Shown: one piece after another, positions 47,401 through 60,314 of the stretch
Numbering within the stretch: position 1 is the first letter of the stretch
Layout: every line of letters starts with the position of its first letter
Source of the DNA: Eutreptiella sp. 'Long Island Sound 2002'
Taxonomy: Eukaryota > Protista > Euglenida
DNA: 64,000 bases
Direction of reading: 5' to 3'
NCBI GenBank assembly: GCA_964036045.1
Contig: OZ038378.1
Location: 68,572,001 to 68,636,000 of the forward strand
Made by a program: the position numbers and the translations under genes
The notes under the pieces: model-generated
The model's input: the letters and a program-made list of their open reading frames with translations, nothing else
Database searches by the model: none
What the model was told of the DNA's origin: nothing

Positions 47401-50400
47401 ATGGTCCATCATAACTTTTGGAAAACCGCATTTTTGACCCTTTTTTGACCCATGCTTGGGCCCAAAATGGCCCATTTTCAAGGCATTTTGAGATTTTCCA
47501 TGGACCATAATGTGTCATCACAGGCTGAAAACGCGCTCAAAAGAGTTGTTGGCGCCTCCCAAATGGTGTTGGAACACTTTTGCGAAACTACTCTTTTGCC
47601 CCATTTTTGACCCATCTTGGGTCCCAAAACGGCCGATTTTCAAGGCATTTTGCGATTTTCCATGCACCAGAACGAATCACCGACGGCTCACAACGGGCTG
47701 GAATCGCTTGTTTGGGCATCCCAAATGGTCCACCATAACTTTTGGAAGACGCATTTTTGACTCTTTTTTGACCCTTTTTTTACTCATGTTTGGTCTCAAA
47801 ATGGCCTAATTTAAGGGCATTTTGGGATTTTCCATAGCTCAAAACGCGTGACCATTGGCCCAAAGTCGGGCCGCAAACACTTGTTTGCGCACCCCAAATG
47901 GTGTAGGATCACTTTTGAACATCGCATTCCTGACCGCTTTCTAACCCATCTGTGGTCCCAAAACAGCCCATTTTAGAGGTATTTTGGGACTTTCAATGCG
48001 CCAAAATGCATCAACAACGGCTCAAAAGGAACTAAAAACCCTTGTTTGAGCATCCCAAATGGTCCATCATAACTTTGGAAAATGCGTTTCTGACCCTTTT
48101 TTGACCCATGTTTGGTCACAAAATGGCCCATTTTCAAGGCATTTTTGGGATTGTCCATGGGCCCAAACGCGTCAGCATTGCTTCAAAATCGGGCTACAAA
48201 CACTTGTTTGAGCAACCCAAATGGTGCAGGATCGCTTTTGGAGCAATGCGTTTTTGATCCATTTCTAACCCATCTTTGGTCCCCAAACTACCCATTTTCA
48301 AGGCATTTTGGGATTTTCCATCGGCCAAAACTCGTCACCACCGGCTCAAAACGGGCTAAAAACCCTTGTTTGAGGATCCCAAATGGTCCATCATAACTTT
48401 TGGAAAACCGCATTTTTGACCCTTTTTTGAACCATGTTTGGGCCCAAAATGGCCCATTTTCAAGGCATTTTGAGATTTTCCTTGGACCATAATGTGTCAT
48501 CACAGGCCGAAAACGCGCTCAAAAGAGTTGTTCGCGCCTCCCAAATGGTGTAGGATAACTTTTGCTAAACTGCTTTTTTGACCCATTTTGACCCATCTTG
48601 GGTCCCAAAACTGCCCATTTTCAAGGCATTTTGGGATTTTCCATGGGCCAAAACGCGTCACCACCGGCTCAAAACGGGCTAAAAATGCTTGTTTGAGCAT
48701 CCCAAATGGTCCATCATAAGTTTTGGAAAACCGCGTTGTTGTTCCCGTTTTTGACCCATGTTTGGTCACAAAATGGCCCATTTTCAATCCAATTTGGGAT
48801 TTTTCCTAGCTCACCTAGCCGACGGCTCAAAACAAGGCGAAAAACACGTGTTTGAGCATCCCAAATTGCCGAAGAGAAACTTTTGGAAAACCCCGTTTTG
48901 GACCCTTTTTTGACCCATGTTTTGTCTCAAAATGGCTAAAAACGGCTAAAACCAATTGTTTGGGCATCCCAAGCGGTGTGGGATCACCTATGCGAAAAGG
49001 CGTTTTGGACCGTTTTGGGCCTAATTTCAGGGCATTTTGGGATTTTACATAGCTCAAAACGCGTGACTATTGGCCCAAAGTCGGGTTGCAAACACTTGTT
49101 TGCGCACCCCAAATGGTGTGGGATCATTTTTGAACATCGGATTCCTGACAGCTTTCTAACCCCTCTGTGGTCCCAAAACAGCCCATTTTAGAGGCATTTT
49201 GGGACTTTCAATGCGCCAAAATGCATCAACAACGGCTCAAAACGGGCTGAAAACCCTTGTTTGAGCATCCCAAATGGTCCATCATAACTTTGGAAAATGT
49301 GTTTTTGGCCCTCTTTTGACCCATGTTTGGTCTCAAAATGGCCCATTTTCAAGGCATTTTGGGATTGTCCATGGGCCCAAACGCGTCAAAATTGCTTCAA
49401 AATCGGGCTACAAATACTTGTTTGAGCAACGCAAATGGTGCAGGATCGCTTTTGGAGTAATGCGTTTTTGACCCAATTCTAACCCATCTTTGGTCCCCAA
49501 ACTACCCATTTTCAAGGCATTTTGGGATTTTCCATGGGCCAAAACTCGTCACCACCGGCTCAAAACGGGCTAAAAACCCTTGTTTGAGGATCCCAAATGG
49601 TCCATCATAACTTTTGGAAAACCGCATTTTTGACCCTTTTTTGAACCATGTTTGGGCCCAAAATGGCCCATTTTCAAGGCATTTTGAGATTTTCCTTGGA
49701 CCATAATGTGTCAGCACAGGCTGAAGATGCGCTCAAAAGAGTTGTTCGCGCCTCCCAAATGGTGTAAATGACTTTTGCGAAACTGCTTTTTTGACCCATT
49801 TTGACCCATCTTGGGTCCCAAAACTGCCCATTTTCAAGGCATTTTGGGATTTTCCATGGGCCAAAACGCGTCACCACCGGCTCAAAACGGGCTAAAAATG
49901 CTTGTTTGAGCATCCCAAATGGTCCATCATAAGTTTTGGAAAACCGCGTTGTTGTCCCGTTTTTGACCCATGTTTGGTCACAAAATGGCCCCTTTTCAAT
50001 CCGATTTGGGATTTTTCCTAGCTCATAATGCGCCATCAATAGCTCAAAACGGGCTAAAAGCAATGGTTCGAGCATCCCAAATGTTGTACGAACACTTTTG
50101 CAAAAAGGGTCTTTTGCCCCATTTTTGACCCATCTTGGGTCCAAAAACGGCCCATTTTCAGGGCATTTTGCGATTTTCCATGCACCAGAACGAATCACCG
50201 ACGGCTCACAACGGGCTAAAATCGCTTGTTTGGGCATCCCAAATGGCCCACCATAACTTTTGGAAAACGCATTTGTGACCCTTTTTTGACCCTTTTTTGA
50301 CCCTTTTAGACTCATGTTTGGTCTCAAAATGGCCTAATTTAAGGGCATTTTGGGATTTTCCATAGCTCAAAACGCGTGACTATTGGCCCAAAGTCGGGCC

Positions 50401-53400
50401 GCAAACACTTGTTTGCGCACCCCAAATGGTGTAGGATCATTTTTGAACATCGCATTTCTGGCCGCTTTCTAACCCATCTGTGGTCCCAAAACAACCCGTT
50501 TTAGAGGCATTTTGCGACTTTCAATGCGCCAAAATGCATCACCAACGGCTCAAAAGGGGCTAAAAACCCTTGTTTGAGCATCCCAAATGGTTCATCATAA
50601 CTTTGGAAAATGCGTTTTTGACCCTTTTTTGACCCATGTTTGGTCTCAAAATGGCCCATTTTCAAAGCATTTTGGGATTGTCCATGGGCCCAAACGCGTC
50701 AGCATTGCTTCAAAATCGGGCTACAAATACTTGTTTGAGCAACCCAAATGCTGCAGGATCGCTTTTGCGCCATTGCGTTTTTGACCCAATTCTAACCCAT
50801 CTGGTCCCCAAACTACCCATTTTCAAGGCATTTTGGGATTTTCCATGGGCCAAAACTCGTCACCATTGGCTCAAAACGGGCTGAAATTGCTTGTTTGAGC
50901 ATCCCAAATGGTCCATCACTTCTTTTCAAAAACGCATGTTTGACCATTTTGGACCCATTTTGACCCAACTTGGGTCCCAAAATGGCCCATTTTCAAAGCA
51001 TTATGGTTGGGATTTTCCATGGGCCAAAATGCATCACCACCAGCTCAAAATTGGCTCAAATTGCTGGTTGGAGCAACCCAAATGGTCTTTTGACCCTTTT
51101 TTGACCTTTTCTGACTCACCTTTGGTCTCAAAATGGCGGAGTTTCATGGCATTTTGAGGTTTTCCATGGACCATAATGCGTCAACAGGGGCTCAAAACGG
51201 GCTAAAAACAATTGTCTAGGCATCCCAAATGGTGTAGGATCACCTATGCGAAAGTGCGTTTTTGACCCATTTTTGACCCAATTCTGGTCCCAAGACAGCC
51301 CATTTTCAAGGCGTTTTGGGATCTGCCATGGGCCAAAACGCATCACCACGGGCTCAAACTTGGCGAAAAACGCTTGTTTGAGCATCCCAAATGGTCCATC
51401 ATACCTTTTGGAAAACACATTTTTTACCCTTTTTTGACCCTTTTTTGACACATGTTTGGTCCCAAAACGGCCCATTTTCAAGGCATTTTGGGATTTTCCA
51501 TGGCCCATAATGCGTCAACACAGGCTCAAAACGGGCTAAAAACACTTGTTTGAGCCTCCCAAATGATGCGAGATCACCTTTGCGAAAATGCATTTTTGAC
51601 CCATTTCTAACCCATCTTTAGTCCCAACATTTTCAAGGCATTTTGGGATTTTACATCGGCCAAAGCGCGGCACCACTGGATCAAAACGGGCTAAAAACGC
51701 TTGTTTGAGCCTTCAAAATGGTGTAGGATCACCTATGCGAAAATACGTTTGTGAACCATTTTTGACCCATCTTTGGTCCCAAAACAGCCCATTTTTAGGG
51801 CATTTTGGGGTTTTCCATGGGCCAAAATGCGTCAACACAAGCTCAAAACTGGCTAAAAACAATTGTTTGAGCCTCGCAAATGGTGTAGGATCACCTATGC
51901 GAAAATAGGCTTTTGACCCATTTGTGACCCATCTTTGGTCTCAAAACAACCCATTTTCAAGGCGTTTTGGCATTTTCCACGGGCCAAAACGCGTGACCAC
52001 CGGCTCAAACTCGGCGAAAAACGATTCTTTGAGCATCCCAAATGGTTCATAATAACGGTTGGAAAAATCTGTTTTTGACCCTTCTGTGACCCATGTTTGG
52101 GCCCAAAATGGCCCATTTTCAAGGCATTTTGGGATTTTCCATGGCACATAATGCTTCACCATAGGTTCAAAACGGGCTAAAAACAATTGTCTGAGCATCC
52201 GAAATGATGTAGGATCACCTATCCGAAAATAAGTTTTTGAACCATTGTTGACCCATCTTTGGTTCCAAAACAGCCCATTTTCAAGGGGTTTTGGGATTTT
52301 CCATGGGCCAAAACCCGTCACCACTGGCTGAGAGCTGGCGAAAACAGCTTGTTTGAGCATCCCAAATGGTCCATCATACCTTTGGGAAAACACATTTTTG
52401 ACCCTTTTTTGACCCATGTTTGGTCCCAAAAGGGCCCATTTTCAAGGCATTTTGCATTTTCCATGGCCCATAATGCTTCACCATAGGCTCAAAAGGGGCA
52501 AAAAACAATTTTCTGAGCATCCCAAATGGTGTAGGATCACGTATCCCAAAATGCGTTTGTGACCCATTTGTGACCCATCTTTGGTCTCAAAACAGCCCAT
52601 TTTCAAGGCGTTTTGGGATTTTTCATGGGCCAAAACGCGTCACCACCGGCTCAAACTTGGCGAAAAACACTTCTTTGGGCATTCGAAATGGTCCATCATA
52701 ACTTTGGAAAAATGTATTTTTGACCCTTTTTTGACCAATGTTTGGTCCCGAAAGGGCCCATTTTCAAGGCATTTTGGGATTTTCCATGGCCCATAATGCA
52801 TCACCACGGGCTCAAAACGGGCTAAAAACAATTGTTTGAGCCTCGCAAATGGTGTAGGATCACCTGTGCGAAAATAGGCTTTTGACCCATTTGTGACCCA
52901 TCTTTGGTCTCAAAACAACCCATTTTCAAGGCGTTTTGGCATTTTCCACGGGCCAAAACGCGTGACCACCGGCTCAAACTCGGCGAAAAACGATTCTTTG
53001 AGCATCCCAAATGGTTCATAATAACAGTTGGAAAAATCTGTTTTTGACCCTTCTGTGACCCATGTTTGGGCCCAAAATGGCCCATTTTCAAGGCATTTTG
53101 GGATTTTCCATGGCACATAATGCTTCACCATAGGTTCAAAACGGGCTATAAACAATTGTCTGAGCATCCGAAATGATGTAGGATCACCTATCCGAAAATG
53201 CATTTTTGAACCATTGTTGACCCATCTTTGGTTCCAAAACAGCCCATTTTCAAGGCGCTTTGGAATTTTCCATGGGCCAAAACCCGTCACCACTGGCTGA
53301 GAGCTGGCCAAAACAGCTTGTTTGAGCATCCCAAATGGTCCATCATACCTTTGGGAAAACACATTTTTGACCCTTTTTTGACCCATGTTTGGTCCCAAAA

Positions 53401-56400
53401 GGGCCCATTTTCAAGGCATTTTGCATTTTCCATGGCCCATAATGCTTCACCATAGGCTCAAAACGGGCAAAAAACAATTTTCTGAGCATCCCAAATGGTG
53501 TAGGATCACGTATCCCAAAATGCGTTTGTGACCCATTTGTGACCCATCTTTGGTCTCAAAACAGCCCATTTTCAAGGCGTTTTGGGATTTTTCATGGGCC
53601 AAAACGCGTCACCACCGGCTCAAACTTGGCGAAAAACACTTCTTTGGGCATTCGAAATGGTCCATCATAACTTTTGAAAAAATGTATTTGTGACCCTTTT
53701 TTGACCAATTTTTGGTCCCAAAAGGGCCCATTTTCAAGGCACTTTGGGATTTTTCGTGGCCCATAATGTGTCACCATAGGCTCAAAACGGGCTAAAAACA
53801 ATTGTCTGAGCATCCCAAATGGTGTAGGATCACCTATCTGAAAATGCGTTTTTGACCCATTGTTCATCCATCTTTGGTTCCAAAACAACCCATTTTCAAG
53901 GCGGTTTGGAATTTTCCATGGGCCAAAACCCGTCACCTTTGGCTGAGAGCTGGTGAAAAAAGCTTGTTTGAGCATCCCAAATGGTCCATCATAACTTTGG
54001 GGAAACATATTTTTGACCCTTTTTTGACCCATGTTTGGTCCCAAAATGGCACATTTTCAAGGCATTTTGGGATTTTCCATGGCCCATAATGCGTCAACAG
54101 GGGCTCAAAACGGGCTAAAAACAATTGTCTAGGCATCCCAAATGGTGTAGGATCACCTATGCGAAAGTGCGTTTTTGACCCATTTTTGACCCAATTCTGG
54201 TCCCAAGACAGCCCATTTTCAAGGCGTTTTGGGATCTGCCATGGGCCAAAACGCATCACCACGGGCTCAAACTTGGCGAAAAACGCTTGTTTGAGCATCC
54301 CAAATGGTCCATCATACCTTTTGGAAAACACATTTTTTACCCTTTTTTGACCCTTTTTTGACACATGTTTGGTCCCAAAACGGCCCATTTTCAAGGCATT
54401 TTGGGATTTTCCATGGCCCATAATGCGTCAACACAGGCTCAAAACGGGCTAAAAACACTTGTTTGAGCCTCCCAAATGATGCGAGATCACCTTTGCGAAA
54501 ATGCATTTTTGACCCATTTCTAACCCATCTTTAGTCCCAACATTTTCAAGGCATTTTGGGATTTTACATCGGCCAAAGCGCGGCACCACTGGATCAAAAC
54601 GGGCTAAAAACGCTTGTTTGAGCCTTCAAAATGGTGTAGGATCACCTATGCGAAAATACGTTTGTGAACCATTTTTGACCCATCTTTGGTCCCAAAACAG
54701 CCCATTTTTAGGGCATTTTGGGGTTTTCCATGGGCCAAAATGCGTCAACACAAGCTCAAAACTGGCTAAAAACAATTGTTTGAGCCTCGCAAATGGTGTA
54801 GGATCACCTATGCGAAAATAGGCTTTTGACCCATTTGTGACCCATCTTTGGTCTCAAAACAACCCATTTTCAAGGCGTTTTGGCATTTTCCACGGGCCAA
54901 AACGCGTGACCACCGGCTCAAACTCGGCGAAAAACGATTCTTTGAGCATCCCAAATGGTTCATAATAACGGTTGGAAAAATCTGTTTTTGACCCTTCTGT
55001 GACCCATGTTTGGGCCCAAAATGGCCCATTTTCAAGGCATTTTGGGATTTTCCATGGCACATAATGCTTCACCATAGGTTCAAAACGGGCTAAAAACAAT
55101 TGTCTGAGCATCCGAAATGATGTAGGATCACCTATCCGAAAATGAGTTTTTGAACCATTGTTGACCCATCTTTGGTTCCAAAACAGCCCATTTTCAAGGG
55201 GTTTTGGGATTTTCCATGGGCCAAAACCCGTCACCACTGGCTGAGAGCTGGCGAAAACAGCTTGTTTGAGCATCCCAAATGGTCCATCATACCTTTGGGA
55301 AAACACATTTTTGACCCTTTTTTGACCCATGTTTGGTCCCAAAAGGGCCCATTTTCAAGGCATTTTGCATTTTCCATGGCCCATAATGCTTCACCATAGG
55401 CTCAAAAGGGGCAAAAAACAATTTTCTGAGCATCCCAAATGGTGTAGGATCACGTATCCCAAAATGCGTTTGTGACCCATTTGTGACCCATCTTTGGTCT
55501 CAAAACAGCCCATTTTCAAGGCGTTTTGGGATTTTTCATGGGCCAAAACGCGTCACCACCGGCTCAAACTTGGCGAAAAACACTTCTTTGGGCATTCGAA
55601 ATGGTCCATCATAACTTTTGGAAAAATGTATTTTTGACCCTTTTTTGACCAATGTTTGGTCCCGAAAGGGCCCATTTTCAAGGCATTTTGGGATTTTTCG
55701 TGGCCCATAATGTGTCACCATAGGCTCAAAACGGGCTAAAAACAATTGTCTGAGCATCGCAAATGGTGTAGGATCACCTATCTGAAAATGCGTTTTTGAC
55801 CCTTTGTTCAGCCATCTTTGGTTCCAAAACAACCCATTTTCAAGGCGGTTTGGAATTTTCCATGGGCCAAAACCCGTCATCTTTGGCTGAGAGCTGGCGA
55901 AAAAAGCTTGTTTGAGCATCGCAAATGGTCCATCATAACTTTGGGGAAACATATTTTTGACCCTTTTTTGACCCATGTTTGGTCCCAAAATGGCACATTT
56001 TCAAGGCATTTTGGGATTTTCCATGGCCCATAATGCGTCACCAGGGGCTCAAAGCGGGCTAAAAACAATTGTCTAGGCATCCCAAATGGTGTAGGATCAC
56101 CTATGCGAAAGTGCGTTTTTGACCCATTTTTGACCCATCTTTGGTCCCAAAACAGCCCATTTTCAAGGCGTTTTGGGATCTGCCATGGGCCAAAACGCAT
56201 CACCACGGGCTCAAACTTGGCGAACAACGCTTGTTTGAGCATCCGAAATGGTCCATCATACCTTTTGGAAAACACATTTTTTACCCTTTTTTGACCCTTT
56301 TTTGACCCTTTTTTGACACATGTTTGGTCCCAAAACGGCCCATTTTCAAGGCATTTTGGGATTTTCCATGGCCCATAATGCGTCAACACAAGCTCAAAAC

Positions 56401-58294
56401 GGGCTAAAACCCATTGTCTGGGCATCCGAAATGGTGTAGGATCACCTATCCGAGAACACGTTCTTGAACCATTTTTCACCCATCTTCGGTCCAAAACAGC
56501 CCATTTTCAAGGCGTTTTGGGATTTTCCATGGGCCAAAACGCGTCACCACGGGCTGAAACCTAGCGAAAAACGCTTGTTTGAGCATCCCAAATGGTCCAT
56601 CATAACTTTTGGGAAACACATTTTTGACCCTTTTTTGACCCATGTTTGGTCCCAAAACGGCCCATTTTCAAGGCATTTTGGGAAGTTCCATGGCCCATAA
56701 TGTGTGACCATAGGCTCAAAACGAGTCTGAGTATCCCAACTGGTGTAGGATCAGGTATGCGAAACTGTGTTTTTGACGCATTTTTGACGCATCTTTGGTC
56801 CCAAAACAGCCCATTTTCAAAGCATTTCAAGATTTCCATGGGCCAAAACGTGTCACCACCGGCTCAAACCTAGCTAAGAATGCTTGTTTGAGCATCCCAA
56901 ATGGTCCATCATAACTTTTGGAAAAGCGCGTTTTTGATCCTTATTTGACCCATGTTTGGGCCCAAAAAGGTCCATTTTCAATGCATTTTGGAATTTTCCA
57001 TGGCCCATAATGCGGCAGCTGAGGATCAAAACGGGCTAAAAACAATTGTCTGGGCATCCCAAGTGGTGTAGGATCACCGGTGCGAAAATGCGTTTTTGAC
57101 CCATTTTAGACCTATCTTTGGTATCAAAACGGCCCATTTTCAAGGAGTTATGAAATTTTCAATGGGCCAAAACGCGTCACCACCGGCTCAAACCAGGCCC
57201 AAAATGCTTGTTTGAGCATCCCAAATGGTCCATGATAACTTTTGGAAACCCGCGTTTTTGATCCTTTTTTAAGCCATCTTTGGGCCCAAAATGGCCCATT
57301 TTCTAGGCATTTTGGGACTTTCATGGCCCATAATGCGGCAGCACGGGCTCAAAACGGGCTACAGACACTGGTTGGAGCATCCCAAATGGTCCAAGAGAAA
57401 CTGTTGGAAAAACATGTTTTTGACCCGTTTTTGACCCATGTTTGGTCTCAAAATGGCCCGTTTTCAAGGCATTTTGGGATTTTCTAGGGCCCATGATGCG
57501 TGACCATAGGCTCAAAACGGGCTAAAAACACTTGTTTGAGCATCCCAAATGGTGCAGGATTACCTTTGCGAAAAAGCGTTTTTGACCCATTTTTGACCCA
57601 TCTTTGGTCCCAAAACGGCCCGTTTTCCAGGGTTTTTGGGCTTTCCCATGGGCCGAAACGCGTCACCACTGGCTGAAAGCTGGCGAAAAACGCGTGTTTG
57701 AGCATCCCAAATAGTCAATGATAACTTAAGACAAAAAGAAAACGTTTTGCACCCTATATTGACCCATGTGTGGTCCCAAAATGGCCGATTTTCATTTTGG
57801 GATTTTGCATGAGCCAAAACATGTCACAATTGGCTCAAAATTGGGCTAAAAACAGTTGTATGTGCAACCCACATCGTCCAGTATCACTTTTTAACGACCC
57901 ATTTTTGTTCCATTTTTGACCCATGCTTGGTCCCAAAATGGCCCATTTTCGAAGCATTGTGGGATTTTCCGTGGCCCATAATGTGTCGACACTGGCTCAA
58001 AACGGGCTAAAAACAATTGTTTGAGCATCACAAAAGGTCCAAGGGAGATTGCTGGAAAAATGTGTTTTTCACCCACTATTGACCGATCTTTTGTGACAAA
58101 GCAGCCCATTTTCAAAACGTTTAGGGATTTTCCATGAGCCAAAACACGTCACCACCGGCTCAAACAAGGCGAAAAATGCTTCCTTGAGCATCCCAAATGG
58201 TCCATCATAACTTTTGAAAACCGGGTTTTTGACCTTTTTTTGACCCATGTTTGGTCTCAAAACGGCCCATTTTCAAAGCATTCTAGGATTTTCC
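44480..58294 (+). repeat. Satellite 2 (162-bp monomer, ~324-bp A/B dimer), main block with higher-order repeats
   Basis: Monomer types alternate (GGTCCATCATAACTT vs GGTGTAGGATCACCT). Near-identical segments recur at offsets of 969, 1944 and 2913 bp (e.g. 51181 vs 54094). Confidence 0.98.
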
Positions 58295-58744
58295 ATCATG
58301 GGTGGGGGGGGGGGGGGGGGGGGCTGGTTGCTTCGGGGAAGGGGTCGAGAGCGGGGGGGGGGGGTTAAGGGGTATGTGTGCCTGTGACTGACTGAAAGGG
58401 TAGCAAACTGTCTTGGGGGGGGGGGGGGGCATGCACATGCAAACATGCAAACATGAAGACATAAAAAAGACCAAAAAAGTGAAGGGAAAAAGATTGCAGG
58501 CAACTGTAATGGAACTCAGGACCTCTAGAAGTAGAACCTAGTACTATTACCAACTAAGCTATGTCAGGATCTGAATACACTTGAACATCAGAGAGTGCAT
58601 AGCATAGTAAAAATTACAGGCTGAGCAAAGCAGACAATGAGGACCATACATAGGTCCTGTCACAGGTGTCCATTTCCCAACCCCCGCCCCTCCTTCAGGC
58701 GACAGCCGTGACCCCCCGCGGGCGCAAGCCAATTTTCCCCATCC

Positions 58745-59398
58745 CATGGCCCATAATGCGTCAACACAGGCTCAAAACGGGCTAAAAACACTTGTTTGAG
58801 CCTCCCAAATGGTGCGGGATCACCTTTGTGAAAATGTGTTTTTGACCCATTTCTAACCCATCTCTGGTCCCAAAACGGCCCATTTTCAAGGCATTTTGGG
58901 ATTTTCCATGGGCCAAAACGCGGCACCATTGGCTCAAAATCGGGCTAAAAACACCTGTTTGAGAATCCCAAATATTCCAGGATCACTTTTGGAAAAAGGC
59001 GTTTTTGACCCAGTTTGGACCCTTCTTTGGTCGCAAAGAGCCCCATTTTCAAGGCGATTTGGGATTTCAAATGGGCCAAAATCCGTCACCATTGGCTCAA
59101 AACACGCTAAAAACACTTGTTGGAGCATCCCAAATGGTCCACCATCACTTTTGGAAAAGCGCGTTTTAAACCATTTTTGACCCATATTTGGTCCCAAAAC
59201 GGCCCACTTTCAAGGCATTTGGGATTTTGCACGGCCCAAAACGCGTCACCACCGGCTCAAAACGGGCTAAATGACCTTGTTTGAGCATCCCAAATGGTCC
59301 AGGATCACTTCTAGAAAAATGCGTTTCTGACCCATTTTTGGCCCATCTTAGGTCCCAAAACGGCCCACTTTCAAGGCATCTTGGGATTTGCCATGGGC
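58745..59398 (+). repeat. Satellite 2, last block (about four monomers)
   Basis: Resumes at CCATGGCCCATAATG after a 450-bp non-satellite insert. Confidence 0.92.
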
Positions 59399-59961
59399 CT
59401 ATTGTGGCAGGGATTATGTTCCCCAATCTCCCCAGGATCCCAATACGGCAGGGGTTACACAGCCCTTTCACTCACCCATGCTTTGGGGACCCAAATACTG
59501 CAGCATAGTATCCAACCATTCCCCCCCCCCCTGCTTTGGGTACCAATGCAGTAGGGGTTACATTTCCATCCTACCTACTGTGGGGACCAAATGCGGCAAG
59601 GGGTATGCAGGATTGCACTCTCGCGACCCTCCAAAGACCCCAATACACCAGTTTGGGGGAAAAATACTCGTCACCACATCCCGCAAGATGGATACCCCTA
59701 TCGAACAAAAATGACTGAAAACTGCATAAACTGCATGAGCGCTCATCCCATTCCATTCCGCCTGACCAAGCCCCAAGGAGTTGGGACCCGACAAAATTTT
59801 TTCGGCTCAAATTCAACAAAAACCAAAAGATTCGTGATTTTAGACGCTTACGGGGGGGGTCATTTTTTTTGACTTTCTTGGCTCTGTTGGTGCCCATGCA
59901 TACCAGCGCAGAGCAGTGTTCGCTGCCCCAACAATATGAGACTTCCAAACTCCTCACATAC

Positions 59962-60172
59962 CTGCTGGGATGTCTTCAACGCATCGACAGGCATCAGGAG
60001 GATGCGTGATATGGACGCAGCAGCGGAGGCTGCCACAGTCTTCAGGACCAATGGCATGTGCCGGGTCTGCGGCAGCGCATCCATGAGGGTCAGCACGCCG
60101 TTGTTGGCGGCGGTATCAAAAAAGCGTGAGAGAGGCCCCTGGAAAAGCGCTGGCAGGATCCCTTGATAGAAC
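59962..60172 (-). CDS. Mitochondrial carrier protein, internal exon
   Basis: Pyrimidine tract plus CATTCAG acceptor. Encodes (R)FYQGILPALFQGPLSRFFDTAANNGVLTLM...AASISRILLMPVDALKTSQQ with the carrier signature P-x-D-x-x-K. CAG|GTATGT donor at 59961. Confidence 0.92.
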
Positions 60173-60256
60173 CTGAATGGAACAGTGACAGGGAAGATAC
60201 AGCACTGGGCTTTCCTGCACAATACTGGAAGGGGGGAGCACTGGACCTGGCGTATC

Positions 60257-60314
60257 CTCGCCACGCCACCATCGGTTGACGACACCAACCGCCGTCTTTT
60301 CACTGCTGAACCAT
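60257..60314 (-). CDS. Probable short upstream exon of the carrier gene (frame and donor uncertain)
   Basis: TGTTTCAG acceptor at 60316-60315. One frame ends DGGVAR, which joins FYQG to give the carrier-typical GGVARFYQG, but only through a GA donor. Confidence 0.5.

Noticed and set aside
44600-59400. ORFs up to 232 aa encoding 54-aa repeats (GPFGMLKQ...WKIPKCLENG) on the minus strand of satellite 2
   Set aside because: A 162-bp unit with one stop-poor frame gives such ORFs automatically. Frequent homopolymer indels break the frame and open frames occur on both strands. A codon-position substitution test across monomers would be needed to revive the idea.
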